DNA of 62,512 nucleotides, filler included, from Bipalium vagum (GCA_037834085.1; 3 parts of 3 records of this genome joined end to end with filler, not necessarily neighbours in it); one strand, 5' to 3'. Positions 38,506-51,795 are shown, counted from the first letter of the whole stretch. Notes: generated by a model not told the origin, from the letters alone. A program made the numbers and translations.

Positions 38506-40021
38506 ATGAATGAGATAAGAGAGACACGAGGCGATTTATCACTAAATGAAAAGCAGAATATCCTAAATAAATACAACAACCTGCCGAAAATGAGTGAACG
38601 AGAGGCAGCAGCGAATTTTAAAATTTCTCAGCCACTCTTGTGTAAAATCTTAAAACCAGATCGCAACTTGAAATAGATGCACGATCTAATATGAACATGG
38701 ATCGAAAGAGAAGTCGAATGGGGAAGGATGAACAAGTCGAGGAAGCCTTAAAATTATGGTTTTGTAAAGTTCATCAAAAGAATGCTCCGATTAATGCGCC
38801 TATTATCTGTCAAAAGGCTGGAGAAATTGCAAAGATGATGAGGAGAAATGATTTTATTGCCACAGATGGATGGTTTCACAGATGGAAAAAATGAGAAAAT
38901 ATTGTCTATAAACATCTTCATGGTGAAGAGAAAAGTGCAGAAAGATTAAGCGCTAATGAATGGATAAAGACGGAGTGGCCAAAAATTACTGCTGAATATT
39001 TACCCCAAGATATATATAACGCAGGTGATACTGAAATGTATTTTCGTGCAATTCCGGAACATACCTATCTATTTAAAGGCGAAAATGACAAAAGATTCAA
39101 ATGTTCTAAAGAACTAGTGACAGTCCTCTGTTGTCTTAATACGATGGGCGAAAAGCAAAAATTATTGGTTATAGGAAAATCTAAAACCCCTAAGTGTTTT
39201 AAAAGTGTAAAATGTTTACCGGTTGAATACTAAGCAAGTGCAAATGGTTGGATGACAATTGTCATATTTGAAAAATGGCTACTAAAATGGGATCTCCTAT
39301 TAAAGAGAAAGATTGTCTTGTTAATAGATAACTGCACTGCTCATAAAGATAGTTTATCATTAAGAAATATTAAGATAATCTTCTTACCATCTAATACTAC
39401 AGCATTAATTCAGCCATGCGATCAAGGCATAATTCGCACATTAAAGGCTAACTATCGCAGAAATATTTTTACACAAATTATTGTTGAACTTGATAAAAAT
39501 GCAAATTCTGATGCAAATGCCACTGCAAAAAAGATTTCTCATTTGGATGCTTTACATTTTTTATGCATGTCTTGGAAAGAAATATCCCAAAAGACAATTA
39601 AAAATTGCTTTCAAAAATATGGATTTAAAAATATTTATTTGGAACCATCTTCAACCGAAGAACTTGATTCTATAACTATCCCTCCCGATGGTATATCGAA
39701 ATTGGAATTTGAAAATTGGTTAGACATAGACAGCTCAATTGACGGAGCAGTTACAATGACAATTTATGAATATGTCAACTTCCTGATGACAATTTTTAAT
39801 TATCCGACGAAATAGAATTGAACCAAAATTCGGAGGACTTTTCAGAAGTTCCTCCTACCAGTAGTGAGATCCAGAAAGCGCTTCAGATTCTTCGCCGCGG
39901 TGTCCAATATAGGGCAAAGAATTTTGATTTTCATTATGATTATGAAAATTATATTCAGGATTTATTAAATCGAGACAAACGGCAAACTACGCTTGACGAA
40001 TTTTTTGAAATAAATATTTAA
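38506..40021 (+). mobile_element. pogo/Tigger (TIGD4/6-like) transposase pseudogene
   Basis: CENP-B-type HTH (LSLNEKQNIL; VEEALKLWF; FIATDGWFHRWKK), HGE, IYNAGDT (cf. YNADET), LLVIGKS, WMT, LLIDNCTAH, FLPSNTTALIQPCDQGII, and C-terminal QTTLDEFF. In-frame stops and frameshifts. TIR-like TACAGTG at 38122 (across the gap) and TACAGTC at 40039. Confidence 0.92.
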
Positions 40022-40799
40022 TTATAAAATATTATAAATACAGTCTACCCTCTACGATTTACCACCTGTAATTTTTTCCTATAAATAAAAAATCATACTC
40101 ATTTTTAAGGCTTTATTATAATTTTTACCAGCTTTCCAATTTTTCCACTTTTTTATATCACATTTTTAAAATTTGTTTTAATAATATCGAAATTTAAATT
40201 TTATTAGTTGGTTTGGGTATAAATCTATTTATTTCTAAATTTTGATAAATTTATTTTATATATATAATTTATTTTTTTTGCATGTTTTAAATTGTATTAA
40301 TATTTTTATTTTAATTTTCTATTTAAACATTTCAATTTCTAAATATTTTTAACATTTCTAAGCGTTCATAATAAGGAGATTGTTTCTCTGCACTCTGAAA
40401 GTAAGAAAATTTATAATTTATAATATTTACATTAAATAAATAATTATAAACAAAAATGCTGAGTCTATGACGATTTCGAAGTTAATAACATTTCCCCGTT
40501 ATTTCCCTTCGCCTTAATATATTCCTCCAGCAGATGGTAACTGTTCACCATAATACGGTGGCATTACAAAAGCAGATTCGCGATAGATATTAACCTGGAT
40601 TTTATCGATGTTATCCTCGCCATATGTTTACATTAATAACAATAATAATAAAAATAAGAATGAAATTACACTGTTCGTTATAGTTTCGAAAGAAAGTTTT
40701 CTTAATGGAAAATTTTAAAAATTCTTTATTTGTGTTATCGCATATATTTTTTGTTTAAATAATGTCTTTTTTATCCAATATTTAAATTGATCAATATGG

Positions 40800-41475
40800 A
40801 AGATATTTGTGTTCATTTAATGAGTATTTGTTTGTATTATTCTAAAAAGGGTAAACTAGCTGGTAGAGATTTTTTAAAAATGATATTCATATGGGAATGA
40901 TGTGTTAACAGATTCCGTGCTGGAGATTCTAATGTTAACTTATGACACCTCTCCTGTTGCCTTAGCTAGATTGAATCAAGCTCTGTAAAAATAATAATCC
41001 ACGAAAATTCATCCTAAACAGTTAGAGGTAACCGAAAGAATATTTATATCATTTATATAAATAGGTTAAGTTTCTCGTTTTAATTTGTGGATGCTTCAAA
41101 AAAATCGTGAAACCTATGTAACACTACGCATTTCACGTGTTTCGCTCAATTCGCATTTCTGATGGGCAAGAAATTCAGTTCAACGACATACATGTATGTC
41201 GAAAGCGGTATTTTTGATTTTTGCAGAACACGTTACCAGAATGTTATCAACAAAGAATCCAAAATTCGGCTGACCGATGGTTGATCTTATCTAATGAAGA
41301 CCTGTACTTTTAAAGGTATGATGTAATCGTGAGTTTTGTCCAAAATATTATCAGTTTAAAGAGTCCGAGAACTTTTGAATCAACGTGGTACATATCTTTC
41401 GTGTGAAATCTCATTTTCTTTAATTACGTTTTCTCAAAAAAACTGAAATATTTGTACGATTCTTATCTAATACTA
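40800..41475 (+). mobile_element. Decayed mariner remnant (mellifera-like)
   Basis: NRFRAGDSNV and VSRFNLWML (cf. VSRFDVWVPH) relics. Confidence 0.4.
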
Positions 41476-42989
41476 ATAAGAAGCCATTACGCTTCGTCAA
41501 ACGTCTCGCCTAAATGAAAAGATATCAGTAACTGTAATCTACGAAGTAGACATTTTTAATGAAAAATATTTCACTATAAAAGAAAAAAACAGAAAGCAGG
41601 ACTGGGAAATATTTAATCGATAAGGACCTTTAAAATTAATTAGAAAATTCTCAGGAAAAGGTATTCAAAGATAAAAGGCTTAATCAAACTGTTAAAGAGA
41701 TTCAGTTATCTTCTAAAAGTGGTCTCTTTACCCATCAAATTGAGCTTATCAACCATCTGTACTGTTCACATTTGGTGGTACACAATACAAAATCTACTAA
41801 TGTTAATCCGACGTGAAGAGACTCATAAATAACTTGCAAATTACCACTTGCATCAAAAGTAAACGAGGCATAAATGGACAAAAAATGGAATACATTAGTT
41901 TTCCTGATATTGTGTTCTTGAAATAATTTCCTTTACCATATAACATTAACTCAATTCTTCCTGTAAAATACAGTAGCTTACCATCCATATCAGCAACTGA
42001 AAATTTAATACCGGTTTTACATTCATTCGCTAAAGAATTCCACCCATGAGCTATACTGACAACATTTACATTGTCCTCTAACTTATTCACAGCCTTGATG
42101 CCATAATAAAGTAAAACATGTAAATGGATCCTTTATTAAATTTCTTAGATGTTTCATTTCTCTAATTGCAGTTTTAGAGTAATTTCCATTGCTATAAAAT
42201 CAATTCATAAATCAATTTTCAAATCTAGATCAATACCTAAATTTAAAATATTTCTCATCAGTTATTCATTTAAACAAAACATACTTTTATGCAGTTATAT
42301 CTAACATTATACAAAGTTTTAAACCAAATATATTTCCACACAAAATTGACAGACAAAAACAAGTTTATTTCCTCGGTTTTGGTACAAAAGCTATTGGTAA
42401 AATCAATATGATATTTGTAATAACTTTTAATAATATTTGATATAACAAATGCTTACAAGCATTGTTAATGTTAATAATCATCAAAGAAAAACCAAAGAAA
42501 GAAAAATTATTTTCGTGAAAATCTGTCAGCATCAATTATACGAAACGGAAATATTTAATAAAAATATTTAATTTAAATTTATATATTAAATATTAAGATA
42601 AAATTTAATAAAATTTTATATATAATAATAAAAATTTTTTTTCTTCGAAAGAGGATAAGTGAAGAGAAATTTTATTTATTTTTATAAATATAATTATAAA
42701 TAAAAATAAAATGTCTCAAGTAAGCAAAAATAATATTCCGAAAAAATACTTGAAAAAATTTTCGTGAAAATATTATTTATATTTTTACATTTTTAAAAAA
42801 ATATTTAATCATTAAAAAAAATAATGATTTTAATTTTCATGACAATATCAAAAGTGCTTTTGTCTTTGTGTCACGTGTTGAATAAATAAAATATTTAATA
42901 TCTTCATTGGATTTTTAATTTTTTCAAATTAAAAAATAAATAAAATTTATTTTCATCTAAATATATTTCACTTTCCTCCAGGAAATTTT

Positions 42990-43800
42990 TTTTAGGAAAG
43001 AAATTCTGGCAGAATATTCGTTTGTGGACTGTCAATAGTAAGGGGGAACCTTTCTTCCACTGCATAACCAAAGAGAGCTTTGTAGCGAAGAGAAAATAAT
43101 CCCTCCGTAAGCGTTCGTTGTACAAACATAAGAGTCCCATTGTGTCACTATTGAAGGCTAAAGCTGGCCCTAATCTCCAAACAATCTACATCAAATCCTT
43201 TGACATATGTTTACAAATTAAATAATGCCTTGAAAATTTCTCTCCATTTGTAATGCTTAATAAAGAAAAGAAATGAAACTCCACTGAAGGACTTTTTCAA
43301 CGTTTCAGAATAGCCAAGACATTCCTCTTCAGATCCCTGTGACCCAAGCTGCAAAGTAAACAGGAAGCGAACTGGCCTTTCCCCGGATGATAGTCCCAGA
43401 ATTTTGGGGGAAATATTTTCCCTCTTCAACTTACCGACGGTTTCGTGACATTTTTGTAATCTGTCCCGGACTTTAATCTGGCTTACAGTGTTATTGAAAC
43501 AATTAATTTCCACCCAGACATTTCACAGTCGCGGTTCTGATCTTTCTCTTTGGTCTTTCTGTTTGTTTCCAATGAGCTCTTGACTGTCTTAAGTTATCTT
43601 GACATGAGACTAATAGGGTCCATGTGGACTGGTTATTGATTCCAAATAACGGGGATATTTGTGTACTAATTTCCGAGAGAGGAGAAATGTTTTGGCAAAG
43701 AAATTTGTTATTGACGTGTTTCATTGTGTAAATGCAATATGGATACCGGTACCATTTCTGATTATGGAGAAGATATTGTGACTAGAGAAAGGTTTTGTAG
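42990..43800 (-). mobile_element. Possible decayed LTR (Gypsy-like) pol remnant
   Basis: GC-richer block with weak relics YHPG, LGHR and KLSLVMQWK (cf. KLLMQWKGP). No continuous frame. Confidence 0.25.
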
Positions 43801-44242
43801 GAAACTTTCCGAGTTAACTACCTAAGTGCTCCTCATAGTGGAATCTGTGAAATACAACTAAAATTGGCAAAAAAACCGGTCCTAGGAGCCAATTTACTTA
43901 TTGGGATAAAGTCGTTTCTAGTGATAAAAAACCACTATCTCCACGTTGGGGTCTAAGCGCTGCAGATTATGTCATAGATACCGGGTTATCAGACTTTCTA
44001 GACTCACGGACTTTCGTCATGACAAAGATATGAGCTGATAAAACCCGTAGAACCTACACTTAATCTTTCGATTAAAGACGGAAAGCCGTGCCAGACGAGG
44101 GACACGTTAGCAGAAATAACACAATAAATGAACGTATTCTTTTATGGATTTCAACATAAAATAAAAATGAGTTCATTCCATTCAATAAAGGTAACAGTAA
44201 TAATAACAATATTATTATTATGAAATTCTCAGAATTCTTTTC

Positions 44243-44526
44243 TTAAACTTGAGTACAAAGATTTTGGGATTCACTGTTGACACTGCTGGGAGCAACGGGG
44301 TCATGTAACTGCTGTCTTGTCAATAATAATGGAGAACTTGTGGTCATAATATTGAAGTACTCTGGACCGACGAGGTCTGTGTTTAATTCAGAACGGTTTC
44401 TCAGGCTTGTTCGTTCTAAGGTACGACGAATATGGTCATTAGTGTCAGGTCCAATTATATGCACGGTTTGGTTACTGGAATTGTCTGAAGCCTCATTTGA
44501 CATTGTCATTTGACCGGTGGCAATGT
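44243..44526 (-). CDS. Orphan terminal exon of an unidentified gene, ending in CTQV*
   Basis: Acceptor TCATTTCAG| (phase 1) at 44527, open frame IATGQMTMSNEASD...NLCTQV-TAA, GC content typical of exons here, and an antisense shadow ORF. Confidence 0.55.
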
Positions 44527-44780
44527 CTGAAATGACATTCCCAAATTATTGTATCATAGAAAAGAATTATTCATTTTCGAAAGAATTAAACAATGATAAT
44601 CTTAGGAGGTCGTGAAAATACAATGTCCCGATATTCTATTTTATTATGTTATAAATATTATATATAAATATTATTATTAATATTATTTATTTTTTGAATA
44701 AACAAAGAAAATTGCTAAATAAAATTAATGGTTACGACAAAGAATTTTGAAAGAAAATGTCTCGAAGTGTTACTAAAATA

Positions 44781-46050
44781 TCAGGTTGTGTAGTATGAAA
44801 TTTGTAAAATGAAAAACAAAGTTTATTAATAAATTACAAATAATAGAAACTATGCTATTCATCAAAATAGGCACCCATATTGTCTACACATTTTTGCCAT
44901 TTAAGCGGAAGCTTGTTAAAACCATGGTGGGCGAGTGTCAAGGAATTACTGAAAGGCCATTTTTATGTCATCGTCAGATTTGAATTGTTTTCCACCGAAA
45001 AAGTTGTCCAAATTACGAAAGAAATAGTAATCAGTGTGAGCTATGTCTGGTGAGTATGGAGGATTATTAAGAAGTTCCAAATCCAACTCCTGTATTTTTG
45101 CCGCACTCATTTTCGCCGTGTGTGGTTTAGCATTATCCTGCAATAAAATAGGAATTGATCTAATGATTAATTTTGGCTGTTTTATTTTAATTTTTTTCAC
45201 CATTTCGTCCAATGACTTACAGTACACTTCTGCTGTGATCGATGAGCCCGGTTTCAAGAATTCATAATGAATCACACCTGCACTACACCACCAAACATTC
45301 ACCATCAGTTTCTTTTCATGGATATTACGCTTTGGACTGTGTTTCGGTGGTTCATCTTTGTCCAACCACTACGAAGAACGCTTACGGTTGTCATATCTTA
45401 TCCATCTTTCGTCACAAGTGACAATACTATTCAAAAATGAATCAGATTTTTGACGAGAAAGGAACATCAAACAGGCTTGCAAACGCTTTTCTTTTTGTTT
45501 TGCATTCAGTTCATGAGAAACCCATTTATCTAATTTTTTCACCTTTCCTATTTGATTTATATGATCTAAAATAGTTTTTTTAGGTGACACCAAACTGTAC
45601 AGACAATTCCTGGGCACTCTGACATGGGTTGGACTCAATGATCATCTTTAATTTGTCATTGCACACCTTTGATTCTGGACGACCACGTGGCTCATATTGG
45701 AAATTAAAATTATCCTTACGAAATTTTGAAAACTAATTGGAAACTGTTTGTTGTGTAGTTACACGAGTCCTAAATACTGCATTAATGTTTTCAGCTGTCT
45801 GCGATTGCCGTTGCTTAGCGTAAAAATTCATATTTCATAATTACGCGTATTTCCGATATATCCATTTTTAATAAAAATGACTAATTTAAACAATTGATTT
45901 ATAATTTATCAGATTAAAACCATATTTTCAAACAAGACAACAATTTACTAACGCAAAAAGCAGAATGGTAAATTATAAAGCCGATAACAAATAAACAACA
46001 ATTAAAGTTGGCAATTTCATTACCTACAAATTTCAGACTACACAACCTGA
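44781..46050 (-). mobile_element. Full-length (1270 bp) cecropia-subfamily mariner (Dtmar1-like); transposase 45865-44855 inactivated
   Basis: 26-bp TIRs TCAGGTTGTGTAGT(A/C)TGAAATTTGTA with 1 mismatch and TA TSDs at 44779-80 and 46051-52. Motifs MDISEIRVIMKYEF, KKLDKWVSHEL, IVTCDERWIRYDNRKRS, LLQDNAKPH, PYSPDIAHTDY, PLKWQKCVDNMGAYFDE*. Confidence 0.95.
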
Positions 46051-46819
46051 TAATTTCCTCATAATCTTTTCCCTTTGTTTCAGACATCTTTGTTGAATTT
46101 ATCTTTTTCTGTTGAAATGCGTATTTATTCAGGATTAACAAGTTAATGCTCATTCTCCCACCCACAAGATGGACTCATTGTTGAGATTCATGTAGAGGAA
46201 TATTGAGAGCTAGTGAGACAGGGCTGCAAAATCTATATAAGGAGTCAAAACATGCTTCGCAAATAAATAAATGTGGGTTTGCATGGATTCGAGGACGGGT
46301 TAAAATGTGTGAACATTAAGATGATCTTTTAGATCTAGAAAGATATGGAAATCGGCAGTAATAGCAGAATCATTAAGTTCTCCGTACAAAGGAATCCGTA
46401 TCTTGCCGGACAAATAGATATTTAACCTCCAGTTTAAGTTTCGATGAAAGACCTAGTTGACCTAGTAAAAAAGTTGAGAATTTGCAAATCAAAAGTAAAT
46501 TCATTGCCGAAATTTGTTGACACTGAAAGAACACGGAGATATTTAACAGTTCTAGTCGCAAAAACAGTAAATCTGAAATGTTACTATATCAACTGTTCTT
46601 CATGGTATGAACAAAGTGGTTCATCAACAATTATTCAAGGAAATCTGGAACTTTGGAAGAATTGTATGGAAGCAATAATATCGTGTTGGTATAGTCAAAG
46701 GATTACAAGAAACCATTAACATAGATAACTATTATTGAATTCCCCAACATAAAGAAGACATACTGTGAAGAAGGGTGTCACTTTTTCATTATTTTTTGCT
46801 ATTATTTTTTAAAGCTATT

Positions 46820-47265
46820 ATAATATATCATAACATGTTATGAAAGATGTAGAGATAATGCGCCAAATATTAAGCAGCCCTCAGTCGTTAAAAGGGATGA
46901 CGTAATCATGTTGCACACCAATGAGCAATCACGTGGTTGAAACAGACCTGCAAAACTTAACTGGAGTCGGGAGAGAAGCCTGAAATATCCCCCGTACTCC
47001 AAGACCTGGCACTAACGAATAACTATTTCTTTAAGCCTCTCCATCATGCTTTGGACGAGAAAATTGTTCCAAATTTGGAGCGCATCGAAATGTGTATTTC
47101 TGAATTCATGACTTCTAGCAAACCAGATATATACATAAATGATATTCCAAACCTCGTAACTCGCTGGTACAAATGCAATTTTTATTAAACAAAAATTCCT
47201 TATACGTGTTTCATTGTCTTCTATTTATCATGTAGTCGGGCAGTATTATAGCAGTCTCAATATTA
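46820..47265 (+). mobile_element. Decayed mariner 3' fragment
   Basis: VIMLHTNEQS, YPPYS-DLALT and LVTRWYKC relics. Confidence 0.6.
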
Positions 47266-47935
47266 AGATATTGTTAAAATTAAATGTTAAAGTTTATATG
47301 AAATTTATAATCAATGTATTAGTTGACAATCTTAGTGAAAAAGTGAATTAAAGATTTTTATTAAATATCCAATAAAGTTTTAATTTTTATATTAAAATTA
47401 AAGAGTGCAATAATTAATAAAGTTATAAAAAAGAGTAACTATTTATTTATCGGTAAAAACAGAGTTTGTTTGAATATTAAAAAATTCGATCAATAACCCT
47501 AATGTTCAAAAATTTCTCAAGAAAACAATTTATTTTTAAATAATAAAAAATATCCGAAAAAAAATTGGCCTGGCTTTCAGCTACATGGAACACAGAGAGA
47601 AAACCCAAAGGAGTTCAAAAGGAAAAAAAGAAAAATATTTGACTAGAAATGGTATCCTTGAAACCAATTAAACTCGAACTATTCTTCAATGATCTTGTTG
47701 TAACAAAAATAAGAGAATGAGAAAATTATTTTATATTTTTCCGAAAAAATATTATTTATTATTTGCTGCTTTGCTAAATAATTAAAGTTTATATTCATTT
47801 AAACACGAAGGGAAATTGAAATAAACAAATTAATTAGGAATTTTTGTTTAAATAAACCAATCCATGCTGGAATAATTTTTTGCCAATTTAAAAATATTTT
47901 TATAATTTATTTATTAATTTTCTTCAGCTAATGTA

Positions 47936-48103
47936 NNNNNNNNNNNNNNNNNNNNNNNNNNNNNNNNNNNNNNNNNNNNNNNNNNNNNNNNNNNNNNNNN
48001 NNNNNNNNNNNNNNNNNNNNNNNNNNNNNNNNNNNNNNNNNNNNNNNNNNNNNNNNNNNNNNNNNNNNNNNNNNNNNNNNNNNNNNNNNNNNNNNNNNNN
48101 NNN
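47936..48103. other. Assembly gap (168 N)
   Basis: Run of N. Confidence 0.99.
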
Positions 48104-49174
48104 GATCATTAAGCCGAAAAAATATTAACGCTAAGTCATTATTTTAAAATAACGCTCACCAAGCACCTTTGTTTTGTTAATGGTAGAAAAATAAGTAAAT
48201 AATGAACATTGTCAAGACGCTGTACCCTTTAATGAACAATGAGCACAAATGAGTATGGTTCACTGCACAGCTATTGTAGAGATTGAAAGTAGCTTTGAAA
48301 GTATAACAATAACAATAATTTCATATAACAGTTTTATTTTTATAATCAATAACGAAAATAAAATATTGTATCTCTTTTAAACAAATTATTATAATTAAAT
48401 TCGTTAAGCGATTTGTAAGAACAAACAAGACCAAAAGTATATTTTGTCTATTAAAAATGAAAAAAAAAGCTTTAAAAAAATATAATTTGTCACAAACCCT
48501 GAAACGAGGGACCCCACACATTTTACGTGTTGAAAGTAATCTGATAGACAAATTTTTAGCGAGGATCTTTCGATAAAAACTTTTTTAGTACCCGGGTGCC
48601 GCCATAGGTGATTTATGAAGGTTAGTTCCAAGGTCATCAGCTCCAAGATGAAAAGAAAATTCCAAGGTGAACAGATGACACTGCGAAACTTTATTAATTT
48701 GCTCTTATCGATTTTTATGAATTCCATAATAAACTACAAATCTTTTATCACATCAAACGATTGAATAAAATAAAAACTTGAAAATTACTCAACCTCTTTA
48801 AGACCTCAAGGACTGGATAAGTGAGTTCTGTGAATAAAACCCTTCAATTGCACAGCTGCCGTTGACATTGTCACAGCAGGGAATATACGATCACATTGTG
48901 ACCACTAACAATAGATAGTGCCATGGTTATCTTATATAGTTGACTTGATTGAACTCAATGATTTATTTTTATCATATAACAACCAATCTGCATTTTGTGG
49001 CCTTTCGTCCGCAACTCCTTTCTCAATTTAACATTTAAAGAGAGCTTAACGGATTCTGATAAGATTCAGTCTTTTATTTTAATAAAACTTTGTGATATTA
49101 TTTTTTGTAATAAAAACCTTAATAATGCTTTGTGACGGCCAAATCTTCAGAAAATACAAAGAATTGTCAGCAAG

Positions 49175-49760
49175 TTCAAACCATGTTCAAAAATAAGGTG
49201 ACTGTCAAAATACAACATAATATTTATTTAATCACCAAAATTTATTTTATCTCTTAAAAGTACTCTTCTTTCGTCCCGATATACAAGCAAAAACGTTTAG
49301 ACCAATTCAGAAATCACTTTTCAAAATCACTTTTCTCATTGTTCATAAGTTTGTCTTTCGATTTTTGTTTTATTGATTCAACCTAATCAACTCTAGTTCC
49401 TCGAAGTGGTTTCTTTAATCGACTGAACAGTATTAAGTCATAAGATTACATGACTGGAGAATATGTTGCATGCAAAATAAAATTTGTTGAATTTTTGGCT
49501 ACAAACTTCCCAATAATAATTGCATTATGAGAAGGAGCGTTGTCATGGTGTAAAATCCATGAATTCTCTGGTCATTTTTGACGAATCACCTCAGGTAAAC
49601 GACGCATAATTTGTAAATAATAATCCTTTTTAACGATACAACCTTCTACAGGAAATTCATGATGAACTTCACGACGATAATCCATAAAACCATTAACGGA
49701 GTCTTGCCTTTTGATTGTGTTTTTCGAACTCTTTTAGGTCTCGAATCATCCGTAGTTCGA
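49175..49760 (-). mobile_element. Decayed mariner 3' half (irritans/vertumnana-like)
   Basis: Minus strand reads ILHHDNAPSHNAIIIGKFVAKNSTNFILHATYSP. TIR-like CATGTTCAAAAATAAGGTGAC. Confidence 0.7.
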
Positions 49761-50044
49761 TATTCACTGGATTTTTATAATTTCATTAATTAATGCGCTC
49801 TTTAATTTTATTTTAGAACTTCAAACTTTAAATGATATATTTCGCAAATTCTTTCATACAATTTCAACTTTTACTTTGCAACTTTAAAATTTTACATTTT
49901 TAATTAATACATCGATTTTAAATTACATCTAAACTTTAAAATTTATTTTATCAATATCCCATTAATAAGAGACAATGTTAAAGATTGCTTTTCATTGGGT
50001 TGTGTCACATGAAATGTCCGATTGCATGATACATAGAATATGAT

Positions 50045-50890
50045 AAATATAATATTTTAGGGGAAAATATCTATCTTAGCCTGGTATTTTATCCATCGAG
50101 CACGATCATACTCTATCCAAATACATGCAAGGCATGGAAGCGCAAACAGAGGATGTCGCAGATGTTCAGAATCAGAAGAATCACTAGCACATGTTTTCGT
50201 TGGATGTGAATATTTATTCTCTCTCGTCACAATTCAATTCAAGATTATCTAGCTCAACAACTTTTATCTTACACAGAGGCAAAAGTATATGTCAATGTTG
50301 AGAGTCAATCCATTCAATCAACACTGCGCATTGACCTGCAAATTGAATTCACGAAATCAAAAAAAATATTCTTAATCGATGTCAAATGCCCATTTGATAC
50401 TGAAAAGAACATGTATTGGAAACATTATCAGAACCTGGCTCACTACGACGATCTAACGATGGATCATTGAACTAGACACCTTTATCGTTAGTTGTAGAGG
50501 GTCATGGCCAATAATGAATTACACTTTACTATCAAAACTGGAGCTGACGAAGAAAATCATCAACACAATTGCCTCATTCTGTGTCTCTTCAAATATTAAA
50601 TGGAGCACCGCACAATGGCCCTTTCATCGAGATAGATCAATGCCAAATTTGGTTGCTTCGGATGCCGATAAAATAGCTGATAACATGATGATCGACCACA
50701 ACAACGCCGATGACAATGAAGACAGAACCCCATCAGACAATCTGATGAAGATATATTGAACTATATATGAACTATTGATTGTAGCAATAACTATCTCTAA
50801 TACTTAACCATATTCGGTGTTATTATCTTGTATGAAGACCTTAATTGTATTTATCTAGCATGTAAATTTGTTTTTGAAATAACATTTTGT
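50045..50890 (+). mobile_element. 5'-truncated NeSL/Utopia-clade non-LTR retrotransposon (CCHC knuckle, restriction-like endonuclease and 3' UTR)
   Basis: WYFIHRAR...CRRCSESEESLAHVFVGC, SRHNSIQDYL, LRIDL...FLIDVKCPFD, GSW, CVSSNIKWS. Frameshifted. Confidence 0.85.
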
Positions 50891-51795
50891 ATATAAATAT
50901 GATAAATATTCTATATCATCAAAACATTTAAAAGTCGGAATGATGGGTTTTAGGATTTTAAGCAGTTGAAAATAATACAATTATTGAATATGTGCGGACA
51001 GAAATATCATCAACACCCATAATATTTGGGAACAGTTCGTAGCCAGACCTGAGACAAACATCTAAAAATTCCTCATGTAATGACAACCTTATCTTTGATT
51101 TGAATTAAATCTGTGTTTCTGCGTTCTTTTTTGTGTATTTCTTATTTTTATTGTTTAGGAATAAACAAGAAAAAAACTACACATACACATATCAAGACAT
51201 TATTATACTTTAGTAATGACTGCGAACACCATATTGATTGGTCATTTTTTGTGATATTCATCGATTAATAAAGTCTTGAATTTCTGAACTTTAATTACGT
51301 ACAGAAAATTCAACCATTGGGTTTTTGGAGTGAGATAAACATTAATAATTTTATTATCATATTTTAGTATTACCTTCTTAACATAAAATAATTAATACTT
51401 TTGTATATTATTATTATATTTTTAGTTATTATTCTTCAATTCTCAAAAGGCAGATCAAAAAACGATAAAATCAGAGCTCTTAAAATATTAAATAATCACA
51501 TTATATTATTAAAATTAATATGTGAAATAGTAATGATAATTTTAATATAATAATAAAATATAATTACATTATTAGTGAAATTTTTATTTTCGGAATCAAT
51601 AATCATCATCCCCCTAAGCTGGATTCCTCCACTCTCACCAAGTCAATCGTTTAATCTTTCACTTACACAATTTAATTATATAATTATTTCGATAATAATT
51701 TAAATAATTAATAACTTTTATAATGAGAAGAAAGTTATAATCGAGTAAAAATGAACTGTCAAATAAAATACTGACAAGAAAGAAATACGACTCAC

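Noticed and set aside
38506-40021. Domesticated TIGD/CENP-B host gene
   Set aside because: In-frame stops, frameshifts and TIR-like flanks indicate a dead transposon copy.
28700-47265. Transposon-dense block as a uni-strand piRNA cluster
   Set aside because: The relics lie in both orientations with no strand bias, and it cannot be supported without small-RNA data.
47924-48128. Poly-X ORFs
   Set aside because: Translation of the N gap.
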